A stretch of 47,625 bases of DNA from Octopus bimaculoides (Eukaryota): the NCBI RefSeq assembly GCF_001194135.2, contig NC_068992.1:61560961-61608585 (forward strand). Reading direction: 5' to 3'. The notes beneath the pieces are model-generated. The model worked only from the letters and a program-made list of their open reading frames with translations, made no database searches and was not told the origin of the DNA. Below are positions 34,770-46,925 of the stretch, piece after piece (position 1 is the stretch's first letter; each line of letters starts with the position of its first letter). A program made the position numbers and the translations under genes.

Positions 34770-35390
34770 TTGAGGCAAGTGAATTTGAAATCTGAAATAG
34801 AAATCAAACCAAATCCGACGACTGGCACCCATGCCAACCTCTCCTTCATTGGACACTAAACTCTGCTTGCGAAGACCTGTTGGGGCAAGTGAAATCGAAA
34901 TCGTAATTGAACCATATTCGATGACTGGCACCTGTGCCAGTGGAGCACTAACAGCACCGTCCGAGCATGTTCATTCTCAGAGCAGCTGTCTGGCTTCCAT
35001 GCTAGTGGTCCATAAATAGCACCATTTGAGTGTGATCGTTACCAGCGTCGTCTTCTGGCACTTGTGCTGGTGGCACATTAGAAAATCATTTGATTGAGGT
35101 CATTGCCAGTGCCACTGGACTGGCTCCCATGCAGGTGGCACGTAAAAAAACACCATTTTGAGAATGGTCGCTGCCAGTACCGTGTGACTGACCCTCGTGC
35201 CGGTGGCACATAAAAGCACCCACTACACTCTCGGAGTGGGTAGCATTAGGAAGGGCATCCAACTGTAGAAACTCTGCCAGATCATATTGGAGCCTGGTGC
35301 AGCTTTCTGGCTTGCCAGTCCTCAGTCAAATCGTCCAACCCATGCTAGCATGGAAAGCGGACGTTAAACGATGATGATGATGATGATGAT
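34770..35390 (+). mobile_element. RTE-associated 3' UTR with tandem units and (GAT)n tail
   Basis: gaggcaagtgaa.., several gactggc..gtgcc.gtgg..taaaagcacc units, and cgtccaacccatgctagcatggaaagcggacgttaaacgatgatgat. Confidence 0.88.
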
Positions 35391-35410
35391 ATATATATAT
35401 ATATATATAT

Positions 35411-35450
<40 letters not shown>

Positions 35451-35459
35451 AGATATGTA

Positions 35460-35665
35460 TATGCTTGTGTGTCTGTCTTTGTCCCCCCATCATCACTTGA
35501 CAACCGATGTTGGTGTGTTTATGTCCCCGTAACTTAGTGGTTTGGCAGAAGATATCTATAGAATCAGAACTAGGCTTACAAAAGAATAAGGCCTGGAGTC
35601 GATTTGTTTGACTAAAGATTGTGCTCCAGCATGGCCACAGTCAAATGATAAACAAGTAAAAAGAA
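35460..35665 (+). mobile_element. SINE family A 3' module
   Basis: Homologous to 15520-15710. Confidence 0.8.
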
Positions 35666-35695
35666 AAGAATATATATATCCTTCATACACACACA

Positions 35696-35732
<37 letters not shown>

Positions 35733-35764
35733 CTTTCTCATATGCATATACACACAGCAGTACT

Positions 35765-35900
35765 TCCCCCTACCAAATTCACTCACCAAGCTTTGGTCAG
35801 CTTGATGCTATAGTAGAAGTCACTTGTCGAAGGTGCCTTGTAGTAGGACTGAACCTGAAACCATGTGAATGAGAAGTAAAATAGCCTAGACAGTCATGCC
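35765..35900 (-). mobile_element. SINE family A head and core
   Basis: Reverse complement ..ctatagtagaagtcacttgtcgaaggtgcc..ggactgaacc.gaaaccatgtg. Confidence 0.75.
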
Positions 35901-36589
35901 TGTTCGGCCCCTTCTTCATCATAGCAATCAACTTCAGCCCCAAGCATGAAACTGCCCCACCACATCTCCCCCAGGATTTGTAGTTCTGTGCTCTGCATGG
36001 AGACATCAATAGTCCAGGTGGTATTTGAAAAGCACCCAGTTCATGCTTTGAAGTGGTTGATGTTGGGAAGGGTACCCAGCCTGAAAGACTATGTCAAAAC
36101 AGACATTGGAGCTTGATGCAGTCCTCAGACACATTGGATCTGTTCAAACCATCAATCCTATGCCAGCATAAAATCATGCATATTAAATGATGATGATGAT
36201 GATGATATATGTATATACATGTGTGTGTGTATGGTGGTGGGGGGGGACTAATTCAAACAATTTTTAACTGAGAATCAGAGTCCTGGTTGTACATTATAAA
36301 TGTTTTGAGGATAATGATGATGATTGTCACTATCCTCCTCCTCCTCCTCATCATCATCATCATCATCAGACCATTCTAAATACTATATTGTTATTAACTT
36401 TGTTGAACTATTGTATTTTAGGCATATGTTGAAAATCCATATCTTCCAGAAATGTATGGTAGCAGCTGTTCACCAAAATGTTTTGGCAAGGTGAATTTAA
36501 AAAAATGTAAGATTTTTGCTTTAGAACTCTTCTTTATTCTTTCCTTTTTTGCTTTTCTTTCTCTTTTAAACCCCTTAAGAAATATTTTT

Positions 36590-37000
36590 CACTTACACAC
36601 ACAAACATACACACACATACACACACACAAACATGCACACACGCATGTACACACACATGCACCCATGTACAGACACCCACACACACACTCGTGCACACAC
36701 ACACACACACACTCTTGTTCACATATTCACCAACACTCATATGCACACACTCATGCATCACATACACACTCATTACACACACATACATGCATACACATAC
36801 ACACAGATGTACACACATGTGCAGACACACACTCATGTACACATACATGTACACACACACTCACACACATACATACTCATGCACAGACACGTACACATGC
36901 ACACACATGCACACACACACACACACATAGAAACATACATCCAAATACACATACACACACAAACATGCATGCACATACACACACAAACATGCACACACAA
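36590..37000. repeat. Degenerate (CA)n/(CACATG) simple repeat
   Basis: Direct inspection; source of the His/Thr-rich ORFs. Confidence 0.95.
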
Positions 37001-37537
37001 GGAAATTGTAAGATTAATTATGCTCAACTACAAAGATCAATATTCTGAGCTCAAATTTTATTGTTACTATTCAATCCCTGGGAAAGATATTTTCTACATT
37101 TAGTGGTTCAATTCACAGTTGTATTGTCAGCAGTGAAAAAGACAAACAGCTGTAAAATCAATATCTTCAGTCAATCATATGCCATTACTGAAAATTTTCA
37201 AGAACTTTTCCAACCAATGTTGACACATGAAAATGGATAAAAATGTAATACTCCTTAAAATGGCTAAAACTGTAATGTTGCGCAGAGTTTAAGAATTTGG
37301 ACAAATAATTTTTAGGGTTGATAGACTGAATGATGTATGCAGAAAATTCTTAGTTATTCAAAATATTCATGTTTGCATGGAAAAGAAAAGAAGAATCTAG
37401 CTGCAATCATTGTCAGCCGATGTATGAAGCTGTCATGTAGTTATTGGAAGTGAGAGATGAAGAGAAAGAGAAAGAGAGAAATGATAAGGACGTAAAGAGG
37501 GGAATGACATGGCTACAGTATTTGTTGAGGTAGAGAG

Positions 37538-37665
<128 letters not shown>

Positions 37666-38099
37666 GTCAAGTGTTTAACAGAGAGAAATTTTAAACATCA
37701 AATAATATTGTGATTGACAAGAAAATAACATTTTACTATTCAAATTTTTATATCCTCTGTCAATGTATTTATCTATTGACATAGACAAAAACATCAATGG
37801 TTGCATGGAAGAAGGAAAGCTTATGTTAGATATGATAATAAACTTATTATAGATAGAAAGATAGATTTTTCAATGAAAGTGAAATAACCTAGCAAAATAG
37901 GTATGGAGATCATTATCTTTTTAAAACTTTGTTAATCGGTCTTTGTATAGACAGCAAGAAAACTAGATATAAGCAAACAACTGAACCGAAATGAAATGGA
38001 ACAATCTTGGTTACCAAACAACTTAGACTGAGCTTTGTTACTGAAAACTATAGTGATGGTAGTAGTAGTAGTAGTCGTGGTGGTGGTGGTAGTGGTGGT

Positions 38100-38320
38100 G
38101 GAAATTGGAGGAAAATGGTATTGATTTTAATCTTAAATGGGAAACCGTCAGGAGAGCACAGCCTTATAGAAATAGTAGGTATGGCTGTGGATTGTGCTCT
38201 AGAGTACTGCTCTAGAGTATCTGGTGCCAAATTACTAGAGATAGTCTGTGTAAATCGAAATGATTCTTCTCTGGAACAGTAAATCTTGAAGCGTACACAT
38301 ATAAGCATATAAATATCAGA
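38100..38320 (+). mobile_element. PLE GIY-YIG C-terminal fragment
   Basis: KLEENGIDFNLKWETVRRAQPYRNSRYGCGLC parallels LKDENRDYSLEWLIIGKSFPYDKGRDSCSLC at about 40550. Confidence 0.7.
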
Positions 38321-38352
38321 TAAGAAAACCATTTCAGATAGAAAATGTTGTA

Positions 38353-38623
38353 GGCAGCCCATGGTATTTGAACTCACGTCTTTGGCAGACATGACGAGAA
38401 TTCTATCAATGAACAAAAGCAATTCTTTGAATTTCCTTGTCTATTTTAGAAACTTAATTATTAATATCAACGATTGTATGTTGTTGACATCTTAAGAATT
38501 TTATAAATTTTAAAGAAATTTATAATAGAAAAAAGCAAAGGCTGTCCATGGAATTCGAACCTTTATCTCCTGTAGATATGAAAGGCATTCTACCATTGGA
38601 CCAAAGCAATCCTTTGAATTTCT
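38353..38623 (-). repeat. Two tandem tRNA-like heads (~187-bp period); third copy at 43761-43842 (+)
   Basis: Minus strand ggattgctttggtccaatggtagaat..ggttcgaattccatggacagc (A- and B-box-like). No clean cloverleaf or CCA, so treated as SINE or pseudo-tRNA. Confidence 0.55.
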
Positions 38624-38629
38624 CTTTTA

Positions 38630-39008
38630 TCTTTTACTTGTTTCAATCATTGGACTGCAGCCATACTGGGGTATTACCTTAGTTTAGTCAAATGAATCAA
38701 CCCTAATATTTATTTTTTATTTTATCAATCTCTTTTGCTGAACGCCTAAGTTACAAGGGAGTAAAAAAAGCAACACTGGTTCTCAAGTGTTGGCAGGAGA
38801 CAAACACAAGCACAAAGACACATCCATACATACATGTAAAGAGTCCACTCTGAAAGGTGGTCAGTGTTAAAAAAAGCATCCAGACATGGAAATCCTTCCA
38901 AAACAAACAGTGAAACCTCCTTGTACAGTCTTCTGCCAGGCCAGTCCCTGTCAAACCATCCAACCCATGCCAGCATTGAAAACAGATGTTGAATGATGAT
39001 GATGATGA
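38630..39008. mobile_element. SINE family A 3' module (-, 38630-38810) abutting RTE-associated tail (+, 38840-39008)
   Basis: Homology to 15520-15710 (inverted) and to the ctgtcaaaccatccaacccatgccagcat..gatgatgat tail. Confidence 0.75.
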
Positions 39009-39309
39009 TACATACATACATACATACATACATACATACATACATACACACATACATGCATATATATATACAAATAAATATATATATATATAAGTACAAA
39101 GTATAGTGGTTTAGTTCACAGGTTCACAAGTGATCTAAACAATTAGGTACGTTAGGCAAGTCCTGTAATGAATTACTAGGGCTCCAAAGTTATAGCCAAG
39201 ATGGTACTTATGGAGCCATTGCAGATTTCCAATATAACAGATATACAATTGTTAAAGAGGACAACAAACGTTAAGTCATACACATTAATATTATTGGAGA
39301 AAATTCAAA

Positions 39310-39365
39310 GTCTCACTGCTGTTTCTGGGATATCCCAGAGTATGAGATATTCCATCATCAGAGAC
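39310..39365 (-). ncRNA. Hammerhead motif, cleavage triplet mutated
   Basis: Minus strand gtct-CTGATGA-tggaatatc..gatatccca-GAAA-cagcag-TG-agac. Confidence 0.6.
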
Positions 39366-39440
39366 AAATTGGGAAAATGAGAAAAGTATAAATCTATGTC
39401 ATCATTTCATTAATCTATACTTTTCTCATTTTCCCTATTT

Positions 39441-39496
39441 CTCTCTGATGATAGAATATCCTATACTCTGAGATATCCCAGAAACAGCTGTAAGAC
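39441..39496 (+). ncRNA. Minimal type-I hammerhead ribozyme
   Basis: ctct-CTGATGA-tagaatatc-ctatactctga-gatatccca-GAAA-cagctg-TA-agac. Intact core, palindromic stem III, GUA triplet, 3-bp stem I. Confidence 0.72.
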
Positions 39497-39664
39497 TTTG
39501 AATTTTTTCCAATAATAATAATGTATATAACTTGAGATGTTTGCCTTGCTTTGCCTTAACGTTTGTTGTCCTCTTTAAAAATTATATATATATTAAAAAA
39601 CCCTCTAAAGCAGTGCTCCAGCATGGCTGTGTGGTAAGTAGCTTGCTTACCAACCACATGGTTC

Positions 39665-40758
39665 TGGAAGCTATCTGGATATTGTCTAACCTATCCACAA
39701 ATAATCTGGTTTTTGAAGATGAGGCAAAGTTTTATAACTCTACCTTGTTGGAAGCAGGGTATAAAGATAGGGTGTACTTATATTAATCCAGATTCTGCTT
39801 CCTCTAATGCAGATGTTAATAATATTAATAATGTTAATAATAGGAGTAAGGTTAGTTATAAAACTAATAATAATAATAATGTTAACTTATTTAGAAAGAT
39901 TAAGCATAGACCAAAATCCAACGGTTGTGTATCAAGCACTGATAATGGTAAGCTTAAGTTTTTTAAATAATAATGTAAGTTATAATTCCAATAAACAAGA
40001 TAGTTTATGGTCTGTCGTTCCATATGGGAGACAAATTAAATCAAATTTAGTTAGTTTATTTAGGAATGTAGTTAGTAAATATTTTCCTAAAAACTCATTT
40101 TACTATAAAGTCATTAATGCGCATAAGGTAAGGTAAATTTTTCTCTAATACCAAAAATTTAACCCAAATTATCGCCGCTCATAACTTTAAACTTTTATCC
40201 TCTAATTCTAGTCATGATTCTATTGACATAAATATAGAGAGCAATAGTAATAATGCTAGAGACACTGTTAAAGATAATTTTCAAGATAGAAAGGATATTG
40301 ATAATACCATTAATAATTGTAGCAAATTAATAGAAATTTCTGAAGATAATCCTAATAGAATTAGATTCCTTAGTGAAACTGCTAAAACTAAGAACATTGT
40401 ATATAGGTGTAATGTTGTAATGGATAAGAAGATTTGGAGTTATATTGGTGCTTCATCACTTGAAGTCTCGAGAAGAATTTCAAATCATTACTCGACATTT
40501 AGGGATAGGAATAAACAAAATAGTACGGCGCTCAGTAGTTTAATTTGGCAATTGAAAGATGAGAATAGAGATTACTCTCTTGAATGGCTAATAATAGGTA
40601 AGTCGTTTCCGTACGACAAGGGTAGAGATAGCTGTTCTTTATGTAACTTGGAGTTATTTTTCATACTTTTTTCTAAGGGTCACTTAATTAATAAAATTAC
40701 ATTTAAAGCTTTCAGATGTCTGCATATGTATAGACATACATTTGCATTCTATGAATAG
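39665..40758 (+). mobile_element. 5'-truncated Penelope-like element (thumb, linker, GIY-YIG)
   Basis: LSNLSTN..FYNSTLLEAGYKD; SKYFPKNSFYYKVIN; NIVYRCNV..YIGASS..RISNHYSTF..TALSSLIWQLKD..CSLCNLE..FRCLH. Confidence 0.9.
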
Positions 40759-40845
40759 GAAATATTTATATATTTTATTGGAATTAGGTTTGTTGCATGG
40801 CTATGAGAGTGTATATGTATGGATGTATGCATGTATATATGTGTG

Positions 40846-40882
<37 letters not shown>

Positions 40883-41750
40883 NNNNNNNNNNNNNNNNNN
40901 NNNNNNNNNNNNNNNNNNNNNNNNNNNNNNNNNNNNNNNNNNNNNNNNNNNNNNNNNNNNNNNNNNNNNNNNNNNNNNNNNNNNNNNNNNNNNNNNNNNN
41001 NNNNNNNNNNNNNNNNNNNNNNNNNNNNNNNNNNNNNNNNNNNNNNNNNNNNNNNNNNNNNNNNNNNNNNNNNNNNNNNNNNNNNNNNNNNNNNNNNNNN
41101 NNNNNNNNNNNNNNNNNNNNNNNNNNNNNNNNNNNNNNNNNNNNNNNNNNNNNNNNNNNNNNNNNNNNNNNNNNNNNNNNNNNNNNNNNNNNNNNNNNNN
41201 NNNNNNNNNNNNNNNNNNNNNNNNNNNNNNNNNNNNNNNNNNNNNNNNNNNNNNNNNNNNNNNNNNNNNNNNNNNNNNNNNNNNNNNNNNNNNNNNNNNN
41301 NNNNNNNNNNNNNNNNNNNNNNNNNNNNNNNNNNNNNNNNNNNNNNNNNNNNNNNNNNNNNNNNNNNNNNNNNNNNNNNNNNNNNNNNNNNNNNNNNNNN
41401 NNNNNNNNNNNNNNNNNNNNNNNNNNNNNNNNNNNNNNNNNNNNNNNNNNNNNNNNNNNNNNNNNNNNNNNNNNNNNNNNNNNNNNNNNNNNNNNNNNNN
41501 NNNNNNNNNNNNNNNNNNNNNNNNNNNNNNNNNNNNNNNNNNNNNNNNNNNNNNNNNNNNNNNNNNNNNNNNNNNNNNNNNNNNNNNNNNNNNNNNNNNN
41601 NNNNNNNNNNNNNNNNNNNNNCATTTGCATTCTATGAATAGGAAATATTTATATATTTTATTGGAATTAGGTTTGTTGCATGGCTATGAGAGTGTATATG
41701 TATGGATGTATGCATGTATATATGTGTGTATGTATGTGTATATATATATA
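40739..41750. other. Assembly gap flanked by an identical direct duplication
   Basis: catttgcattctatgaatagg...gtgtgtatgta occurs at 40739-40850 and again immediately after the N-run at 41622. Confidence 0.85.
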
Positions 41751-42916
41751 TGTGTGTGTGTGTATATGCATGTGTGTGTGTTTGTGTGTGTGTAGGTATA
41801 GTTAGAATATGGATAAGTGTAGTGGGAAGTTACCGTATGTGTGAGTTAGAATTTTATTGAGGGATTTTTTCATTGAAGACCGATTTCTTTATTTACATTC
41901 TGCGCTAACGTAAATGCAACACGTATAAAGAGATTTAATGTAGATAATTTTTCTATGTAATATAGCATGGTAGTCCTGAGGTACAGTTTTGAAGTTTTTT
42001 GCTTGTTTACGCTGAATTGATATAAGATTTTAATTTATATTTTTAATTGTGTATAATGGTGTGTGCTAGAGTTTATTATAGAGAATTTTATTTAAGAACA
42101 TTATCATTATTATTTTTTAAGTGTGTTTCTGTTTAACCAGGTTCCTCTAGTTTGAATGTTATAATTAATAATTTTTTAAAAATTGTTTTCTACGGTATGA
42201 TTTCTGTCTTTCTTTATTTATTTTGATGATTATTGCTCTAACGGTTTTATATTTTATTTTATAGCGTTCTAAATTGATCAGTAACTGAACTTTATAGTAT
42301 ACAATTTTTATGTTTGAGTTGATTTGCCGTTTGCTCATTCCTTGCACATTTGGGATGGACGGTTGTGTGCCATCTAATACCTTTTCATCCTGTTTTGTAA
42401 ATTTTCATGGGTCAACTATGAAAATTGGATTTGAATGTTTTCTGTTTTTATTGGCTGTATATTACTACTACTAATAATAATAATAATAATAGCAATAATA
42501 ATGGGACCACGAGGAGATGGAGTATCCTATATTTTATAATATTTTATAATATGTATTAATCATTCTGGATGTTCCATCGAAATGTTCATAGGTCAATTTC
42601 ATTATTATTATTATTATGATTATTATTATTATAATAAAGTATTTTCAATGGATCAGTTTTGAGCTCTATTTAAAGTTGATATATATATATATATACAAAA
42701 ACTCAACTGTATGCATNNNNNNNNNNNNNNNNNNNNNNNNNNNNNNNNNNNNNNNNNNNNNNNNNNNNNNNNNNNNNNNNNNNNNNNNNNNNNNNNNNNN
42801 NNNNNNNNNNNNNNNNNNNNNNNNNNNNNNNNNNNNNNNNNNNNNNNNNNNNNNNNNNNNNNNNNNNNNNNNNNNNNNNNNNNNNNNNNNNNNNNNNNNN
42901 ATATATATATATATAT

Positions 42917-43435
42917 AATTAGGGAGAGAGTCAGTCTAGATGAGATGCAGTTTGGGTTTGTGCCAAGGAAAAACACCACTGATGCTATATTTTTGGTAAG
43001 ACAGTTGCAAGAGAAATACCTAGCCAAAGATAAACCTTTGTACCTGGCTTTCATTGACATGGAGAAAGCCTTTGACAAGGTCCCCCAATCCTTTATCTGG
43101 TGGTCAATGAGGAAACTAAGTTATTTGGTGACCATGCCAGTACTGTTGCCATGTAAAAAGCATCTAGTCCTAACTGTTAAGTGGTAAGCCTTTGGAAGGG
43201 CATCCAGCTGTAAAAACCATGCCAAAACTTACCTCGCCTGTGCTGGTTCCACATAAAAAGCATTTAGTTCACTCTGCAAAGTGGCTGATGTTAAGAAAGG
43301 ACATCCAGCCATAAAAACACTGCCAAAACAGACCCTGGTGTAGTCTTCTGCCTGGCCAGCTCCTCCCAAACTGTCCAACCAATGCCAGCATAGAAGGTGG
43401 ACATTAAACAATGATGATGATGATGATGATGATAT
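42917..43435 (+). mobile_element. RTE-clade LINE fragment with internal deletion joined to 3' tail
   Basis: IRERVSLDEMQFGFVPRKNTTDAIFLVRQLQEKYLAKDKPLYLAFIDMEKAFDKVPQSFIWWSMRKL, then directly 3' UTR motifs and (GAT)n at about 43410. Confidence 0.88.
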
Positions 43436-43442
43436 ACATGAA

Positions 43443-43562
43443 AACTTCTTTCAGTTTCTGCTTGATGCTATAATAGAAGACACTTGCCCAAATTGCCATG
43501 TAGTGGAACCAAATCCAGAACCATGTGGTTGTGAAGCAAACTTCTCACTGCACAGCGATGCC
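43443..43562 (-). mobile_element. SINE family A
   Basis: cttctttcagtttc..agaagacacttgcccaa..ccagaaccatgtggttg.gaagcaaacttct. Confidence 0.8.
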
Positions 43563-44169
43563 TATGTCTATCCAGTTCAGAAATTTAGCATGTAAATATT
43601 GCATTGAAAAACTCTTTTGGATAGAAAAAGTCAAAAGCTTTGAGATATTCTAAAAATAAAAATTGATTCATGTTCTCCCAAATGTTTATTGAAAAATTCA
43701 TATGACATCAACAACATATGATTTTCATTGGTGAGAATAAAGCTTCTAAAATGGATAGAAAAATTTGAAGGATTGCTTTGGTCCAAAGGTGGAACATTTG
43801 TCATGTAAATAGGGAAGGTGGGTTTGAGTCACATGGACAACCTTTCACTTATTCTTTTTTGTCTAAAAGGGATTTTCAACCAATATTTACGTTATTTATA
43901 ACTTTATGTGTGTACTTTAAAATCTGCTGTTCCCAAAAAGCATTATTTCAAGTTCTCTTTAAACTTTATAAAATTTTTGACATCAAATCTAAATAAATTG
44001 TAAATGAAAAGAAGTATGATAAATTTATGGTGAAGAGCAAGGAAAATAAATGTTTTCCAATCATATTCTAATAATTTTATTTTTAATTCCCTTCCTTATA
44101 TAACCTTTAAGTTTATTAATTTTGAAATTTTGTTGTCATTAATGTCAACGTTTTTCTATTACCTTCTAG

Positions 44170-44375
44170 GGGTACATTGGAACATTGCAGTTTTATTCAG
44201 TGAGATAAATTACTTTCCTTATCAGTCTTTCAAAGTAACACCTGATAGGAAACGCTATTTAAAATTTAGAGAAGATTCTAGAACATCAAATGCATCATTC
44301 TTCCTTCCAATGGAAATGAATACAAAATCAAAAATAGTGTTAGAAACTAAAGGACAATTTTGGCTGGAGAAGATT
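44170..44375 (+). CDS. Probable internal coding exon of host gene (phase 1 in, phase 0 out)
   Basis: Acceptor tttttctattaccttctag|GG; 206 nt open (VHWNIAVLFSEINYFPYQSFKVTPDRKRYLKFREDSRTSNASFFLPMEMNTKSKIVLETKGQFWLEKI); donor ATT|GTGAGT; non-repetitive and not TE-like. Confidence 0.65.
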
Positions 44376-44774
44376 GTGAGTAAACCCTTTATTTTTACTC
44401 AGTTAGATAAGAGTATAACTGGTTGACTCAACTTGAATGCATTATTTGTTTACAGGGCTTCTGAGTTTGTGTAAATAAAATACGTTACATAGATGTATGC
44501 ACATACATAATTAAGTAAAACACACTGATGTATATAGACAATTTCCTTTTAGAAAACAGGTGGTTTGGATGAATGACTTAATGTCACTATTCTGTGTTCA
44601 TTTCAGGCCAGGTCTAAATTTACCATTTATTCTTTTTGTTCTTTATTAAAATGGATAATAGCAAAATACTTTTGCAATTCTGTATTCTCAATTACCCTAA
44701 AAACTGTTTTAATTCACAGTCAAAAGAAATATCATTAGTTATGTAAGTTGTGTTAACGTTGAAATATTGATTTC

Positions 44775-44916
44775 AAATTTGTGCTCAAGGCCAGCCCATT
44801 TTGGAGAAGGGAGTTAAGTCTATTTCATTGACCCCAGTACTTATTTTATCAACCTCTGATGGACTAAATGCCACTAAGCATTTTCCCCAGTGTGCAAGTT
44901 ATTCTGCCAGCTCACC
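44775..44916 (-). mobile_element. SINE family C remnant
   Basis: Minus strand ggtgagctggcagaataac..tgcttagtggca.., aagtactggggtcaatgaa. Confidence 0.6.
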
Positions 44917-45431
44917 ACCTTATCATGTTGAAATATTAATAAGAGAAAGCAATTAATTCAAAAATGTTTATTTATAACACTATAAACATTTTTAATATAT
45001 GTAGATACATAACATACAATTTGTTAAATACATGTTATGTGTGCGAATTAAGAAATAATAAATTGTCAAATGTTTCTTTATAAATTAGAACATAATTACT
45101 AGTTACTACAGGAACAATCTCTAAGAGAGAATGTTAAAGGATAAAAATTATATTATCAAATGTGGATGAAACAGGATGAAAATTATATGAATCAACTGAC
45201 ACATGGCCTCTGGCTGTAATAAGAAAAAAAATCACAAAGAAACTTGAATTACAGGGTTTTATAAACCCACCAAGAAGTTCTAGAATATTCCAGTAAACTT
45301 TTAGGTGTGAAAATTCAACTTTTCCTTTTTACTTTCATTGATGTAAACAGGTGCTTTGGTTGGATATTACCAAATATAATATTTTTTATTCACCATTGGC
45401 AATATTCTTTAGTCAATATAGCCAAATATGT

Positions 45432-45596
45432 AAGGCAGTGGGCTGGCAGAATTGTAAGCATGCCAGACAAAATGCTTAGCAGCATTTCTTCTGTCTATAT
45501 GCTCCGAGTTCAAATTCTGCCAATGTTGACTTTGTCTTTCGTCGTTTTGGGGTCAATGAAATAAGTGCCAGTTGAGTACTGGGGTCGATGTAATAC
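45432..45596 (+). mobile_element. SINE family C
   Basis: gggctggcagaattgtaagcatgccagacaaaatgcttagc..gagttcaaattctgcc..gactttgtctttc..ttttggggtc.at.aaataagtgccagttgagtactggggtcgatgtaat. Confidence 0.8.
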
Positions 45597-45617
45597 ATGT
45601 GTGTGTGTCACTATATA

Positions 45618-46837
45618 TGAGGTTGAGTAAAATGTAAGCAGTGTTTTGAACCATGAAGAATTTGTACTGGATTTTTGCCAAATTTTGAATTTTTAAAAAC
45701 TATTCTTTTGTAATTTTCTGATAATATAGACATAGACTTTCCGAAATGCATCAATAAAGTAACTTTGATATTCTTTTCATCATTGTTACAATCATCTGAA
45801 ATGGAACTGTCAAACTATTTGAGCAATTCTGCCATTCAACTTCAAAAAAGGACACGAAGCAGCTGAAACTGCTCGTGATATCAGCGAAGTGTTTGGTGAG
45901 GAAATGACCAGTAAGTGGTCAGCTCAATAATGGTTTAAATGATTTCACAGGGGAGAACTGAGCCTTGAAGATCATCAACAAAATGGACGCCCATCTGTTA
46001 TTGATGATGGTCAATTAAAGACCGTCATTGAGAAAGATTCATGTAAAACCACCTGAAAACTGGCAAAAGAAAACTGCCTGCAACCATTTGCATTCGATCA
46101 GAAAATACAAAAATCTTGACAAATGGGTACCACACATATGAAACTGTCTCATTGCTTCTTCTCTGTAATCAGACCAATCCATTTCTCAATCACATTGTAA
46201 CTTGTGATGAAAAGTAGGTTATGTACAATAATAAAAAACGTTCTTCATAGTGGTTGGACCAAAATGAAGCACCAAAATCTTCCCTAAACCCGAGCTCTTC
46301 AAAAAGAAGGTTATGGTGACTGTTTGCTGGTGTACTCCTGAACTCATCCACCATAACTTCTTAAAATCCAGAAAAACCATTACTGCAGAAGCATATTGCC
46401 ATGAAATTGGCAAAATGTGTGAAAAGCTGCTTCTCCTCCATTCCAGCTTGATCAACAGAAGAGGGCCAGTCATTCTTCATGGCAATGCTTAATCAAGCGT
46501 TTCACTAATGACGCTCCAGAACTTGGGGAAACTTGGCTACAAAGTTCTTCCCCACCCAGCTTATTCCTCAAACCTTTCTCCTACTGACTACCACTGTTTC
46601 AAGCACCATGATGGTTTTCTATTGAAGAAGGAGTTGAAAAATCAAACTGATGCTGAAATTGCATTCAAAGAGTTTATCAGCTCCATAACTCCTAACAGAA
46701 TAAACAAACTTGTAACTCAGCAAAAATTGTGTTGATTGTAATGGTGCTTACCTTGATGAATAAAATTTCTGAATTGTTCAAATATATTGTGATGAATTTC
46801 ATGTTTTAAAACGTTGCTTACTTTTGACTCAGTCTGA
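45618..46837 (+). mobile_element. Near full-length decayed mariner (cecropia/Hsmar1-like), ~1.22 kb
   Basis: TA flanks (45616-17, 46838-39); diverged TIRs tgaggttgagtaaaatgtaagcagtgtttt / aaaacgttgcttacttttgactcagtctga; FKKGHEAAETARDI..GRPSVID..KWVPH..IVTCDEK..HPAYSSNLSPTDYH with many stops. Confidence 0.92.
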
Positions 46838-46879
46838 TATACATTCATACAAACATACATACATACATACATACATATA

Positions 46880-46923
<44 letters not shown>

Positions 46924-46925
<2 letters not shown>

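Larger units (their letters stand above)
30423..34770 (-). mobile_element. Decayed Ty3/Gypsy (Mag-like) element: gag, protease region, duplicated RT segments, RNase H, integrase
   Basis: Poly-Q gag start and FTYNPEEG..F; YPLP..LDLSDAYLQI..LPFGI (33540-33270); a second LDLSDA..YLDDVLI (33205-32950); LQAFLGL; GHADCLSRL; WSRLHVDYAG..DSFAKWPEV..YGIPDT..DN.TQFTS. Confidence 0.88.
39241..39590. repeat. ~160-bp inverted repeat (PLE pseudo-LTR-like), each arm carrying a hammerhead
   Basis: About 39241-39399 is the reverse complement of about 39414-39590; the right arm has a ~20-nt insertion. Confidence 0.9.

Noticed and set aside
38048-38422. 124-aa minus-strand ORF
   Set aside because: It is antisense to a PLE GIY-YIG remnant and a (GGT)n/(AGT)n repeat, with no independent coding evidence.
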